From Chloroflexota bacterium (GTDB taxonomy: Bacteria > Chloroflexota > Limnocylindria > QHBO01), in the NCBI GenBank assembly GCA_039933775.1, contig JBDTNK010000001.1, positions 5,938 to 69,937 of the forward strand: DNA of 64,000 nt. Reading direction: 5' to 3'. The notes under the pieces were generated by a model, which saw only the letters and a program-made list of their open reading frames with translations, made no database searches and was not told the DNA's origin. Shown piece after piece: positions 1 through 9,861 of this stretch (positions are counted from its first letter, which is position 1; each line of letters opens with the position of its first letter). A program made the position numbers and the translations under genes.

Positions 1-1
1 G

Positions 2-241
2 GTGAACACCATGCCGATCGACACGATCAACGCCTTCCTGGACCACGGACGCGTGGCACGGACGCTCGACAGCGGTGTCGACGAGGCGCGTCGTGCGATT
101 CGCGCCGTCGAGGCGCAGGGCATCCCGCTGAAGACGGTGACCGGTGAGCTGATCGCGGAGGGCGTCGCGTCCTTCGCGAAGTCGTTCGAGGAGCTGCTCA
201 CCGCGATCGAGGAGGAGCGCAAGGCGGTGGCCACCGCATGA
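2..241 (+). CDS. tal: Transaldolase, C-terminal fragment (5' end lies outside the window)
   Basis: The 79-aa C-terminal segment (HGRVARTL...KSFEELL) resembles the C-terminus of long actinobacterial-type transaldolases. It overlaps the downstream pgi start as ATGA, and it lies directly upstream of pgi/zwf/opcA/pgl. Confidence 0.5.
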   Translation: MNTMPIDTINAFLDHGRVARTLDSGVDEARRAIRAVEAQGIPLKTVTGELIAEGVASFAKSFEELLTAIEEERKAVATA

Positions 242-1935
242 CCGCCGCGTCAGGCGGGGACAGGCCGGGCGACGCCGTCAGCGATCGCCTCACGCGCTGG
301 CGCGCGGAACGGGTCGCCGAGCGCCTCTGGGAGCGCGATGCGTCGCTCTGGTCGGACTCCGGGGCGGCCGCCGCGGATCTTCGAGACCGGCTCGGATGGC
401 TGGACCTGCCGCACACGATGCGCGAGCGCGTCGACGAGCTGCTGCGGCTCGCAGACGATGCCTGGGCCGACGGCTACCGCCAGGCGGCGGTGCTGGGCAT
501 GGGCGGCTCGAGCCTGGCGCCCGAGCTGTTCGGTGACCTCGCGCGTGCGGGCCTGGCCGTGCGTCAGACCGATGCGCGCCTGGACCTCCGCGTCCTCGAC
601 TCGACGCACCCCGATGCGGTCCGCGCCTTCGCCGAGTGGTCGCGCCGCGAACGGACGCTCTTCGTCGTCTCCTCCAAGTCGGGCACCACGACCGAGCCGC
701 TCGCCTACCACGCCGCGATGGCCGAGCACGCAGCGGGCAGCGACTTCATCGCGATCACCGATCCGGGCACGCCGCTCGCCGAGCTGGCACGCGAGCAGGG
801 CTTCCGGGCCGTGATCGACGCCCCGGCGGATGTCGGCGGGCGGTACTCGGCCCTCACGGTCTTTGGCCTCGTCCCGGCGGCGTTGGCGGGGATCGATGTC
901 GCCGCGCTGCTCGATCGCGCCGCGGCCATGGCCGAGCAATGCCATAGGGCCGCACCCGAGAACCCCGGACTCATCCTCGGAGCCACGATCGGCGAAGGGG
1001 CGCTCGCCGGCCGAGACAAGCTCACCTTCCTGCTCGACACCCGGCTCGCCGGGTTCGGCGACTGGGTCGAGCAGCTCATCGCCGAGAGCACCGGCAAGCA
1101 GGGCACCGGCATCGTGCCGGTCGTGCGCGAGCCGTTCGGCGAGCCGGCGGCCTACGCCTCGGATCGCTCGTTCGTTGCCATGACCCTGGCAGGCGGCGGC
1201 GGGGCGCAGGTCACGCAGCTCGCCACGGGCCTCGAGGGTCTGGGCCATCCCGTGGGCCACATCGCGCTGGCCGACGCCCTCGATATCGGCGCCGAGTTCA
1301 TGCGCTGGGAGGTCGCGACCGCCGCGGCCGGAATGGTTTTGGGCATCGACCCGTTCGACCAGCCCAACGTCCAGGAGAGCAAGGACGCGACGAAGACACT
1401 GCTGGCCACGTTCGCGCGCGAAGGGTCGCTGCCGCAGCAGATGCCGCTGGTCGCGGACGAGGGAATCGCCGCCTATGGCGACGCGAGCGTCCTCGGCGAC
1501 ACGCCACCCACCGTCGCCGCCGCACTGCGCCGCCTCTTCGAGATCAGCGAGGCCGGCGACTATTTCGCGATTTTGGCCTATGTACCGATGCAGCCGTCGA
1601 GCCTTGAGCGCCTGGAGCGTCTGCGGGCGCGCGTGCGCGACGGCCTGGGCCTGGCCACGACGCTCGGCTTCGGTCCGCGCTTCCTGCATTCGACGGGGCA
1701 GCTGCACAAGGGCGGCCCCGCGACGGGGCTCTACCTGCAGATCACCGCGGACCCGCGCGCCGACCTGCCGATCCCCGGCTGGCAGGAGACCTTCGCGACG
1801 CTCATCGCGGCGCAGGCGCAGGGCGATCTCGCTTCGCTGGCCAAGCGGGAGCGGCGCGCCCTGCGCGTGCACCTGGCCGACGTCGCGGCAGGCCTCGAGA
1901 CGCTCGAGGGGCTCGTGACCGACGCGCTCGGCTGA
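238..1935 (+). CDS. pgi: Glucose-6-phosphate isomerase
   Basis: 565 aa with PGI motifs GMGGSSLAPE and DVGGRYSALTVFGL. Codon bias is strongly GC3. The start overlaps the tal stop. Confidence 0.8.
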   Translation: MTAASGGDRPGDAVSDRLTRWRAERVAERLWERDASLWSDSGAAAADLRDRLGWLDLPHTMRERVDELLRLADDAWADGYRQAAVLGMGGSSLAPELFGDLARAGLAVRQTDARLDLRVLDSTHPDAVRAFAEWSRRERTLFVVSSKSGTTTEPLAYHAAMAEHAAGSDFIAITDPGTPLAELAREQGFRAVIDAPADVGGRYSALTVFGLVPAALAGIDVAALLDRAAAMAEQCHRAAPENPGLILGATIGEGALAGRDKLTFLLDTRLAGFGDWVEQLIAESTGKQGTGIVPVVREPFGEPAAYASDRSFVAMTLAGGGGAQVTQLATGLEGLGHPVGHIALADALDIGAEFMRWEVATAAAGMVLGIDPFDQPNVQESKDATKTLLATFAREGSLPQQMPLVADEGIAAYGDASVLGDTPPTVAAALRRLFEISEAGDYFAILAYVPMQPSSLERLERLRARVRDGLGLATTLGFGPRFLHSTGQLHKGGPATGLYLQITADPRADLPIPGWQETFATLIAAQAQGDLASLAKRERRALRVHLADVAAGLETLEGLVTDALG

Positions 1936-1974
1936 ACGCCGCGCGACCATGACATGAAGGAGTAGCAGCACACG

Positions 1975-2925
1975 ATGCAGATCGCGGTTTGCGGCCTTGG
2001 CCGCATGGGAGCCGGAATGGCGCGCCGCCTGGCGCGGGGCGGCCACGACGTGGTGGCCTGGAACCGGACCGAGCAGGTCGCCATCGATCTCGCCGCCGAG
2101 CCGGAGAACGAGGGCCGCATCTCCGTCGCCGAGCCCATCGAGCAGGTGCTCGAGCGGACGGCGGCGCCGAGGCACGTCATCATCAGCGTCCCCTCTGGGC
2201 AGGCGACCGATGACATGATCGACCTGTTGGCCGGCATGCTCGAGCCGGGCGACGTGATCATCGACGCCGGCAACAGTAACTTCCACGACTCCCAGCGCCG
2301 CGCCGCCAGGCTCGCGGAGAAGGGCCTCGAGTGGCTCGACATGGGCGTCTCGGGTGGCGTCTGGGGCCTGGAGGTCGGCTTCTGCGCCATGCTCGGTGGA
2401 AAGCGCGACGTCTTCGATCGCTTCGAATCAGCGGTCGCGACGCTCGCGCCGACCGATGGCTACCTGTACTGCGGCCCGGCCGGAGCTGGGCACTACGTGA
2501 AGATGGTCCACAACGGCATCGAGTACGGAATGATGCAGGCCTACGGCGAAGGGTTCGACATCCTGCATGCCGGTGATTTCGAGCTCGACCTCGAGGCGGT
2601 GGCCAAGATGTGGAACCACGGCAGCGTGATCCGCTCGTGGCTTCTGGAGCTTGCAGCGGCAGCCTTTGAGCTTGACGGCAACGATCTCGGCGACATCGCC
2701 GGCTACGTGGAGGATTCCGGCGAGGGTCGCTGGACCGTCCAGGAGGCGATCGACCACGACGTGCCGGCGCCGGTCATCACGTTCAGCCTGTTGCAGCGCT
2801 TCCGCAGCCGCCGGTCGCCGGACAGCTACGCGGACCGGGTGATCGCCGCGTTGCGGAAGCAGTTCGGCGGCCACGCTGTTCAGCCGGCGAAGACCGCCAC
2901 CGAGACGAGCCAGGGACCCGGATGA
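1975..2925 (+). CDS. gnd: 6-phosphogluconate dehydrogenase (decarboxylating), short form
   Basis: The N-terminus carries the Rossmann motif MQIAVCGLGRMGAGMARRL. It matches the roughly 300-aa GntZ/YqeC-type 6PGDH, and its stop overlaps the zwf start. Confidence 0.8.
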   Translation: MQIAVCGLGRMGAGMARRLARGGHDVVAWNRTEQVAIDLAAEPENEGRISVAEPIEQVLERTAAPRHVIISVPSGQATDDMIDLLAGMLEPGDVIIDAGNSNFHDSQRRAARLAEKGLEWLDMGVSGGVWGLEVGFCAMLGGKRDVFDRFESAVATLAPTDGYLYCGPAGAGHYVKMVHNGIEYGMMQAYGEGFDILHAGDFELDLEAVAKMWNHGSVIRSWLLELAAAAFELDGNDLGDIAGYVEDSGEGRWTVQEAIDHDVPAPVITFSLLQRFRSRRSPDSYADRVIAALRKQFGGHAVQPAKTATETSQGPG

Positions 2926-4565
2926 GCACGACGGCGGATCCGCCGGTGCCGCTCGATCCGCCGGTGCCAGCTGACCCTGCGGCCTCCCAGCATGCGGCCG
3001 GCGCCACGCCGCGGTCGGGCGACAATCCGCTACGTGAGGGGCTGCGTCTGGCGCGCATGCCGGCGCCGTGCACCATGGTCATCTTCGGCGCGACCGGCGA
3101 TCTCGCCGAGCGCAAGCTGGGGCCGGCGCTCTACAACCTGCTCCTCGGGGGCTTTCTGCCGCCGGAGTTCACCGTCGTCGGCTTCGCGCGGCGCCCGCTC
3201 AGCGACGAGGCGTTCCGCGAGCACCTCCGCAAGGGGGTCGACCAGTACAGTCGCAACCGGCCGGCGCAGGAGTCGATCTGGGACTCGTTTTCACGCAGCA
3301 TTCACTACCACGCCGGGGAGTTTCACGATCCCGCGGCCTATGCCGAGCTCGAGAAGCTGCTCGACCGGATCGATCGCGATCGAGGTACCGAGGGCAACCG
3401 GCTCTTCTACCTCGCGGTCCCGCCGTCGCTGTACCCCGAGATCGTGCGGCACCTTGGCGCGGCGGGGCTGGCAGCCAGCGGCAGCCAGCGGCGCAGCGCC
3501 GGCAAGCGTGGTTGGTCGCGGGTCATCGTGGAGAAGCCGTTCGGTTCCGACCTGGCGAGTGCCCGCAAGCTGAACCGGGAGCTGCGCGAGGAGTTCGACG
3601 AGCCGCAGATCTACCGCATCGACCACTACCTGGGCAAGGAGACGGTCCAGAATCTGGCCGTCTTCCGCTTCGGCAACGGCCTCTTCGAGCCGATCTGGAA
3701 CCGCCGCTACATCGACAGCGTGCAGATCACCGTGGCCGAGACGGTGGGCGTCGAGGGTCGTGGCGAATTCTACGACGCCACCGGCGCGCTGCGCGACATC
3801 GTCCAGAACCACGGTCTGCAGCTCATGGCGACCTTCGCCATGGAGCCACCGGTCGAGTTCAGCGCCGAGGACCTTCGTGACGAGAAGCTCAAGGTGCTGC
3901 GCGGGGTCAAACCGATGCGCCCCGAGGATATTGCCCAGGCATCGGTACGTGGCCAGTACGTCTCCGGCTGGGTCGAGGGCCAGAAGGTGGGCAGCTACCG
4001 CGACGAGCCGGAGGTGGCGCCCGATTCGCAGACCGAGACCTTCGCAGCGGTGAAGCTGGGCATCGACTCGTGGCGCTGGGCCGGCGTGCCGTTCTACATC
4101 CGCACCGGCAAGGCGCTGCCGACGCGCGTGACGGAGATCAGCGTTCAGTTCCGACGCGCGCCGCTGGCACTCTTCGCGCGCGCCGGAGCGCCGCAGATCG
4201 ACGCCAACATCCTCGCCATCCGCGTCCAGCCCGACGAGGGCATCCTGCTGCGCTTCGGCGCCAAGGTGCCTGGCCAGGGGCTGCAGATCCGCAACGTGAA
4301 CATGGATTTCCGCTACGGCTCGAGCTTCGCCGTCGACTCGCCCGATGCGTACGAGACCCTGCTGCTCGACTGCATGATCGGTGACGCCAGCCTCTTCACC
4401 CGTGACGACGAGGTGGAGCGCGCGTGGGCCATCCTGGACCCGGTGCTCGCGGCGTGGGGCAGCGGCCAGGGAGGCGCGCTGCATTTCTACGCGGCGGGGG
4501 AGTGGGGTCCGCCGGCCGCCGACGAGCTGCTCGAGCGTGACGGACGCGCCTGGCGCCATCTCTAG
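2922..4565 (+). CDS. zwf: Glucose-6-phosphate 1-dehydrogenase
   Basis: 547 aa with the conserved G6PD active-site peptide RIDHYLGKE, the NADP-binding motif GATGDLA and the C-terminal motif EAWxI-D. Confidence 0.9.
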   Translation: MSTTADPPVPLDPPVPADPAASQHAAGATPRSGDNPLREGLRLARMPAPCTMVIFGATGDLAERKLGPALYNLLLGGFLPPEFTVVGFARRPLSDEAFREHLRKGVDQYSRNRPAQESIWDSFSRSIHYHAGEFHDPAAYAELEKLLDRIDRDRGTEGNRLFYLAVPPSLYPEIVRHLGAAGLAASGSQRRSAGKRGWSRVIVEKPFGSDLASARKLNRELREEFDEPQIYRIDHYLGKETVQNLAVFRFGNGLFEPIWNRRYIDSVQITVAETVGVEGRGEFYDATGALRDIVQNHGLQLMATFAMEPPVEFSAEDLRDEKLKVLRGVKPMRPEDIAQASVRGQYVSGWVEGQKVGSYRDEPEVAPDSQTETFAAVKLGIDSWRWAGVPFYIRTGKALPTRVTEISVQFRRAPLALFARAGAPQIDANILAIRVQPDEGILLRFGAKVPGQGLQIRNVNMDFRYGSSFAVDSPDAYETLLLDCMIGDASLFTRDDEVERAWAILDPVLAAWGSGQGGALHFYAAGEWGPPAADELLERDGRAWRHL

Positions 4566-4576
4566 ATGAGCGCCCG

Positions 4577-5923
4577 ATGAGCACCCGAACCAGCGGCGTC
4601 CCCGACTCGGCGGACACGGCGAGGGCCGCGCGCGAGATCGCGGTTCACCGGCATCTCATGCGGTTCGGGGAGGCGGAGAGCCTGTCGACGCCGATGTGGG
4701 AGGAGCGAGGCACCTCGGTGCGCGCGATCGCCGACCACCTCGCCGAGATGTGGGAGCCGCTCATCGAGCCGAGCGAGCCCGGCTCGCATGAGCCGAAGAT
4801 CGTCGAGAAGGGCCAGTCGCATGCGCGCGCATCGGTCCTCAATCTGATCGTCACGGTGCCCGACGCCTCGGCCGCCGAGCGGGTCGTGCACGCGATGCTG
4901 GGCCTGGGTGTCCGCCATCCGTCGAGAGCCATCGTGCTCGTGGCGGACCCGCGCGGCGAGGGCAAGCCGATCGATGCTCGCGTCAGCACCCACTGCCACA
5001 CCGGCCCCGGCGCGAATGAGCAGATCTGCTACGAAGAGGTCGTCCTGACCGTTCGCGGCGAGGCCGCAAACCATCTCGCCGGCGTCGTCGCGCCGCTCCT
5101 GATCCACGACCTTCCCACGCATGTATGGTGGCCCGGCGACCCGCCGTTCTCCGACGGCGTCTTCGACCAGCTGGTCGAGATGGGGGACCGGCTGATCGTC
5201 GACTCCGCCGATTTCACCGACCTGCTCGTCGGCATGCGCCGCCTCGCAAGCCTGCGGCGCCAGTCGGGAGTCGCGGACCTCTCCTGGGAGCGCCTGGGCT
5301 GGTGGCAGGAGCTCGTGGCCCAGTTCTTCGATGCGCCGCGCTTCCGGCGCTATCTACCGAACCTGAACGCGCTCTCGATCCGCTATGCGGCCGCGTCCGG
5401 CGCTGCGGCACCTTCCGCCCCTGCGACAGCCTCCGGCGGGGCCGATGCCGATGAGACCGAGGTCATCCCCGGCGCCAGCTCGCCGATGGCCCAGGCGGCG
5501 CTCATGGCGGGCTGGCTCGCATCGCGCCTGGGCTGGAAGCGCTGGAAGACGGCCGAGCCGCTCGTCGACGGGCGCATGCGCCTGCGGCTGGAAGGCAGGT
5601 ACGAGATGATCGACCTGCGCATCGAGCCGGTCGCCACCGACGACGTGCCGCCCGGCGACCTGGTCAGCGTGCATCTGCGCGCACTGGGCGAGGCCGGCGC
5701 GGCGGAATTCATCATCGATCGCAGCGGTCGCGAGGCGACCGTCGCCACCAACGCCGACGGCATGACGGCGCTCCTGCGTCGCGTGACGATGGATCCGGTG
5801 ACCGAGGCGGAGCTGCTCAGCAAGCAGCTCGTACTCGATCGACACGACCCGGTGTACGAGGGCGCGCTGCGTGCGGCCGGCGTCTTCCTGGCCTCTGCGC
5901 GCGAGATCGGAGATCGCCCATGA
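4577..5923 (+). CDS. opcA: G6PD assembly protein OpcA
   Basis: 448-aa protein lying between zwf and pgl, the conserved position of opcA in Actinobacteria and Cyanobacteria. It ends ATGA-coupled to pgl. Confidence 0.65.
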   Translation: MSTRTSGVPDSADTARAAREIAVHRHLMRFGEAESLSTPMWEERGTSVRAIADHLAEMWEPLIEPSEPGSHEPKIVEKGQSHARASVLNLIVTVPDASAAERVVHAMLGLGVRHPSRAIVLVADPRGEGKPIDARVSTHCHTGPGANEQICYEEVVLTVRGEAANHLAGVVAPLLIHDLPTHVWWPGDPPFSDGVFDQLVEMGDRLIVDSADFTDLLVGMRRLASLRRQSGVADLSWERLGWWQELVAQFFDAPRFRRYLPNLNALSIRYAAASGAAAPSAPATASGGADADETEVIPGASSPMAQAALMAGWLASRLGWKRWKTAEPLVDGRMRLRLEGRYEMIDLRIEPVATDDVPPGDLVSVHLRALGEAGAAEFIIDRSGREATVATNADGMTALLRRVTMDPVTEAELLSKQLVLDRHDPVYEGALRAAGVFLASAREIGDRP

Positions 5924-6642
5924 CCTTCACCGTCCTGCCCGATGCCGAAGCGGTGTCCACCGCTGGTGCCGACATCTTCGTTGAGCGTGCCCGCGACGCC
6001 ATCACGCAGCGAGGCATCTTCCGCGTCGCCCTGTCGGGCGGCAGCACCCCGAAGCAGATTTACCCGCTGCTCGCCAGTGAGCCGCGCATCTCGGACGTCG
6101 ACTGGTCGCGCGTGGAATTCTGGTGGGGCGACGAACGTGCGGTGGCGCCCGATCATCCCGATTCGAACTTCGGCGTCGCCAACGACCTGCTCCTGCGCCA
6201 CCTGCCGAAGGTCGACGAGGACGACGTACATCGCATGCCGGCCGATGCCGAAGATCTCGTCGCGGCCGCGGCCGAGCACGAGGCGGACCTGCGTGGCGCG
6301 TTCGACATCGGGCCCGACGACCCGCCGCCGGCGCTCGACCTCATCTGGCTCGGCATGGGCCCCGATGGCCACTGCGCCTCGCTCTTTCCCGGCAGTGACG
6401 CCCTGGCTGAACGCGAGCGCCTCGTCGTGGCCAACTGGGCCCCCGGTCCGAAGGCGTGGCGCATGACCTTCACCTACCCGCTCATCAATGCCGCCCGCGA
6501 GGTCCTCTTCCTGGTGACCGGCGCCGACAAGGCCGACGCGCTCGCCGCCATCCGGCGCGGCGCCGATCTCCCCGCGGCGCAGGTCAAGGCGCCGCAGACG
6601 GACTGGGTGATCGACAGCGCCGCGGCCGGCCACGCTCGATGA
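5920..6642 (+). CDS. pgl: 6-phosphogluconolactonase
   Basis: 240 aa with the GGSTP motif and a glucosamine-6-P isomerase/6PGL fold signature. It is the last gene of the PPP operon. Confidence 0.85.
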   Translation: MTFTVLPDAEAVSTAGADIFVERARDAITQRGIFRVALSGGSTPKQIYPLLASEPRISDVDWSRVEFWWGDERAVAPDHPDSNFGVANDLLLRHLPKVDEDDVHRMPADAEDLVAAAAEHEADLRGAFDIGPDDPPPALDLIWLGMGPDGHCASLFPGSDALAERERLVVANWAPGPKAWRMTFTYPLINAAREVLFLVTGADKADALAAIRRGADLPAAQVKAPQTDWVIDSAAAGHAR

Positions 6643-6905
6643 GCTCGCTGCTGTGGCTCGGCGGGGCGCTCGCCGCCGGCGTCGCGGCCTACGTCATCGG
6701 CAGCCCTGCGCTCACGGCGACGCGCACACGGGGCGCACGCGACCTCAACGAAGAGCGCTACCTCGCATGGCGCGGGCGCGCCACGAAGCCGTCGGCGAAC
6801 GCGCCGCGCGGCATGACCCCGCCGGAGCGTCGTCGCCTGTGGATCGCGACCGGCATGGCCGCGCTCGCGGGCGTGTGCCTCGCCGCCTTCTTCGTCGCCT
6901 CCTGA
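6639..6905 (+). CDS. Small two-TM membrane protein of unknown function
   Basis: The ATGA overlap with the pgl stop gives an 88-aa product with two hydrophobic helices, LLWLGGALAAGVAAYVIG and WIATGMAALAGVCLAAFFVAS. The 6456 start in the ORF track overlaps pgl and is unlikely. Confidence 0.35.
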   Translation: MSSLLWLGGALAAGVAAYVIGSPALTATRTRGARDLNEERYLAWRGRATKPSANAPRGMTPPERRRLWIATGMAALAGVCLAAFFVAS

Positions 6906-6917
6906 GCACGGCGACCG

Positions 6918-7847
6918 ATGATCGCCTCGCTGCTGCGCGCGCTCTTCCTGTGGCTCGGGGAGCGGCGCTGGATGGCCCGCGTGGCGCTGGGCACGCCGCT
7001 CCTGCGGCGCATGCCGCTGCGCTTCGTGGCGGGCACCACGCTCGACGACGCGCTGGCCGCCGTGCGCGTCCTGAATGCGACCGGCATGTCGGCGACGCTC
7101 GATGTCCTCGGTGAGAGCGTCAGTGATCGAGCCGCGGCGGATCGCGCGGCCGGCGGCTACGTGGACACGATCGAGCGGATCGCCGCCGACGGGCTCGACG
7201 CCAACGTCAGCCTGAAGCTGTCCCAGATGGGACTCGGGCTCGGAACCGAGGCGTGCCTCGAGGTGCTGCGCCCGGTGATGGAGGCGGGTGCGCGACACGC
7301 CATCTTCATCCGCATCGACATGGAGGGTTCGGCCACGACCGAGGCGACCCTCGAGGTCGTCGACCGGCTGCGCGCCATCGGTCACGACGTCGGGCCGGTG
7401 ATCCAGGCCTACTTGCATCGATCCGCAGCCGATGCCGCGCGACTGGCCGGCGCGCGCGTGCGCACCAGGATCTGCAAGGGTGCCTACGCGGAGCCGCCGT
7501 CGATCGCGTTCGACGAGCGCGCCGACATCGATCGGTCGTTCGTTGCGCTCTCGACGGCGATGCTCGACGCGGATGCCTATCCGGGGATCGCGACCCACGA
7601 CCAACGGATGATCGGGGCCGTGACCCTGTACGTGGAAGATCACGGCATCGCGCATGATCGGTTCGAGTTCCAGATGCTGTACGGCGTGCGACGCGACCTG
7701 CAGCGGCAGCTGGTGGAGCGCGGCTACCGGATGCGGGTCTATACGCCGTACGGCACCGAGTGGTACCCCTATTTCATGCGCCGCCTGGCGGAGCGACCGG
7801 CGAATGTCCTGTTCGTGCTGCGCAGCCTTTTCGGCGAGCGGCGCTGA
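6918..7847 (+). CDS. Proline dehydrogenase (monofunctional PutA-like)
   Basis: 309 aa. The C-terminal motif FQMLYGVRRDLQRQL...YTPYG...WYPYFMRRLAERPANVL is typical of the proline dehydrogenase TIM barrel. Confidence 0.75.
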   Translation: MIASLLRALFLWLGERRWMARVALGTPLLRRMPLRFVAGTTLDDALAAVRVLNATGMSATLDVLGESVSDRAAADRAAGGYVDTIERIAADGLDANVSLKLSQMGLGLGTEACLEVLRPVMEAGARHAIFIRIDMEGSATTEATLEVVDRLRAIGHDVGPVIQAYLHRSAADAARLAGARVRTRICKGAYAEPPSIAFDERADIDRSFVALSTAMLDADAYPGIATHDQRMIGAVTLYVEDHGIAHDRFEFQMLYGVRRDLQRQLVERGYRMRVYTPYGTEWYPYFMRRLAERPANVLFVLRSLFGERR

Positions 7848-7940
7848 GGGCGGGAAGCGCGCTGATCAGCACGGATCGCCGTCGGCGCGGGCCGGTGGTC
7901 CCGATGCTCCCCGACGGGCGCCTCCCGGCGGCGATGGAAG

Positions 7941-8609
7941 ATGCCGGGTATCCTTGCCGGCGTACCCATGGCAGCCAGCAAACGGCCGAGCACCTCGAGC
8001 CTCCGCCGATTCATCACATCGCGGCCGTACGTCACCGTCGCCGAGCTGAGGCGCCGGTTCGCTCTCGATGATCCCGACGCCATGTCGTGTCTCGCGCACG
8101 AAGGCGGTCGGGTCTACGTCGGTCTGCCGGAGCGTGAGGCGGTGAAGCTCGAGGATCTCTTGAGACGTGGCGATATCGGCGTCCAGCTGAGCGTCGAGGT
8201 CCGCGCACCGGTCGCGGTCGGCGTCTACCCGATGCGCATCGCGCATTATGTCGTCGACGGCGCCGCGAACGGCAACGACGTCCATCCGGTCGAATCCTTT
8301 ATAGAGACCGATCCAGATGTCGACGGCGCGCAACCGCTCGACGCCGAGATCCCCGCCTTCGAGATCACCGGCCTCGCGGCCGATGTGCCCGATGCCCGGA
8401 CGGTTGACCATGGCGCCGAGCCTGACCATCTTCGCCTCAAGGACGCCATCGCGCCGATGAACGGCATCGGCGATCATCCGTTTCTGCCGCGACCGCGCGG
8501 TGCCAGGGCAACGCGCCACAACGGACGCCCCGTGCCGCACCGCCATCGCCGCATCAGGCACGATCGACCGCAGGATGGGCCAGCGCATTCGCCTTCGGGA
8601 CCGCAATGA
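7941..8609 (+). CDS. Hypothetical protein, translationally coupled to the next gene
   Basis: GC3-rich frame throughout. The stop overlaps the downstream start as ATGA at 8606-8609. No recognisable domain. Confidence 0.35.
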   Translation: MPGILAGVPMAASKRPSTSSLRRFITSRPYVTVAELRRRFALDDPDAMSCLAHEGGRVYVGLPEREAVKLEDLLRRGDIGVQLSVEVRAPVAVGVYPMRIAHYVVDGAANGNDVHPVESFIETDPDVDGAQPLDAEIPAFEITGLAADVPDARTVDHGAEPDHLRLKDAIAPMNGIGDHPFLPRPRGARATRHNGRPVPHRHRRIRHDRPQDGPAHSPSGPQ

Positions 8610-8944
8610 GGGTGGTCGCCATCGCGACCGATCTCATGATGGTGAGCCGCATCGCAGCGGCGGCCGATGTCGCTGCGGTTACGCTGACCCGCCTGAGATC
8701 GCCTCGTGAGCTCGGCCCAGTGGCTGACACCGATCTCGTGATCGTTGATTGGGCGGAGCGGGAGCCGTGGTGGGCCGAATCGCTGGTCGCGTGGCGAGCT
8801 GACGCACAGGTGCCGATCGTCCTCTTCGGGCAGCACACCGACCGCGAGGCGCATAGAGCAGCGCGTGAGGCCGGTCTCGGACCGATGTGGGCCCGATCGC
8901 GCCTCATGCGCGAGCTGCCACGCCTCGTCGCTCCCGCCCGATGA
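8606..8944 (+). CDS. Hypothetical small protein, ATGA-coupled on both sides
   Basis: 112 aa. It is coupled to the upstream hypothetical and to the downstream sulfotransferase, whose ATG at 8941 overlaps the TGA at 8942-8944. Confidence 0.4.
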   Translation: MRVVAIATDLMMVSRIAAAADVAAVTLTRLRSPRELGPVADTDLVIVDWAEREPWWAESLVAWRADAQVPIVLFGQHTDREAHRAAREAGLGPMWARSRLMRELPRLVAPAR

Positions 8945-9861
8945 GCGGCGAACGGCGCCGCCCGGATTTCTTCATTGTCGGCGCGCCGAAATCGGGGACG
9001 ACCGCGATGTACGAGTACCTCAGGGCGCATCCACAGCTCTTCCTGCCTGAGCGCAAGGAGCTTCGGTTTTTCGGCTCCGACCTCGAGGTCCGCGACCGCC
9101 CCCAGCCCAGCCTGGACGCATATCTCGCCTTCTTCGCCGATGGCGGCGAGGCACGGCGGATCGGAACCGCATACGTCTGGTACCTGTATTCGCAGCGCGC
9201 GGCGGCGGAGATCCGCGACTTCGCGCCCAACGCGGACATCATCGCGATGCTGCGCAATCCGATCGAGATGGTGTGGTCCCTCCATTCGGAGCACCTGTTC
9301 AACGGCAACGAGGACATCCGCGACTTCACGGCGGCGCTCGATGCCGAGGCTGACCGTCAGAATGGCCTCCGGATTCCCGCACACGCGCATCTGCCGCAGG
9401 GGCTGCACTACTCGCAGGTCCCGCGCTACGCCGAGCAGCTCGAGCGCTACTTCACCACGTTCGGCCGCGACCGCGTCCACGTCATCCTGTACGACGACTT
9501 CGCGGCCGACGTCCGATCGAGCTATCGGGCCGTCCTGTCATTCCTGGGCGTGGAGCCTGGCTCCTCGCCCCCCGCTTTCGAGGTCATCAACGCCAACAAG
9601 CGCACGCGGAGCGAATGGTTCCGTCACTTCCTGGCTCGTCCGCCCGAGCTGCCGCGCCGGATCATCCGAACCGTTGTTCCGGCCTCGCTGCGGCGCGCCG
9701 CCTACGAGCGCGGCAAGCGGATGAACGTCGCAGCGACGCGTCGCGAGCCTATGCCGTCGGCGACCCGGGAACGGCTCCGGCGCGTCTTCCAGCCCGAGGT
9801 CGAGCGCCTCTCGCTGCTCATCGGTCGTGACCTCAGCGACTGGGTACGGCCGCCTCGGTAG
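8941..9861 (+). CDS. PAPS-dependent sulfotransferase
   Basis: The N-terminal 5'-phosphosulfate-binding loop FFIVGAPKSGTTAM is canonical. There is a 3'-PB-like region MLRNPIEMVWS. Length is about 306 aa. Confidence 0.8.
   Translation: MSGERRRPDFFIVGAPKSGTTAMYEYLRAHPQLFLPERKELRFFGSDLEVRDRPQPSLDAYLAFFADGGEARRIGTAYVWYLYSQRAAAEIRDFAPNADIIAMLRNPIEMVWSLHSEHLFNGNEDIRDFTAALDAEADRQNGLRIPAHAHLPQGLHYSQVPRYAEQLERYFTTFGRDRVHVILYDDFAADVRSSYRAVLSFLGVEPGSSPPAFEVINANKRTRSEWFRHFLARPPELPRRIIRTVVPASLRRAAYERGKRMNVAATRREPMPSATRERLRRVFQPEVERLSLLIGRDLSDWVRPPR

Noticed and set aside
250-2286. 678-aa minus-strand ORF antisense to pgi/gnd
   Set aside because: The product is Arg/Ala/Gly-rich, low-complexity and non-protein-like. 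The sense-strand genes have clear conserved motifs. This is the typical GC-rich antisense open frame.
3291-4559. 422-aa minus-strand ORF antisense to zwf
   Set aside because: Same reason. zwf on the plus strand carries the RIDHYLGKE active site.
5383-7655. Long minus-strand ORFs (5383-6633, 6474-7655) antisense to opcA/pgl/prodh
   Set aside because: These are antisense artefacts of high GC with no domain content.
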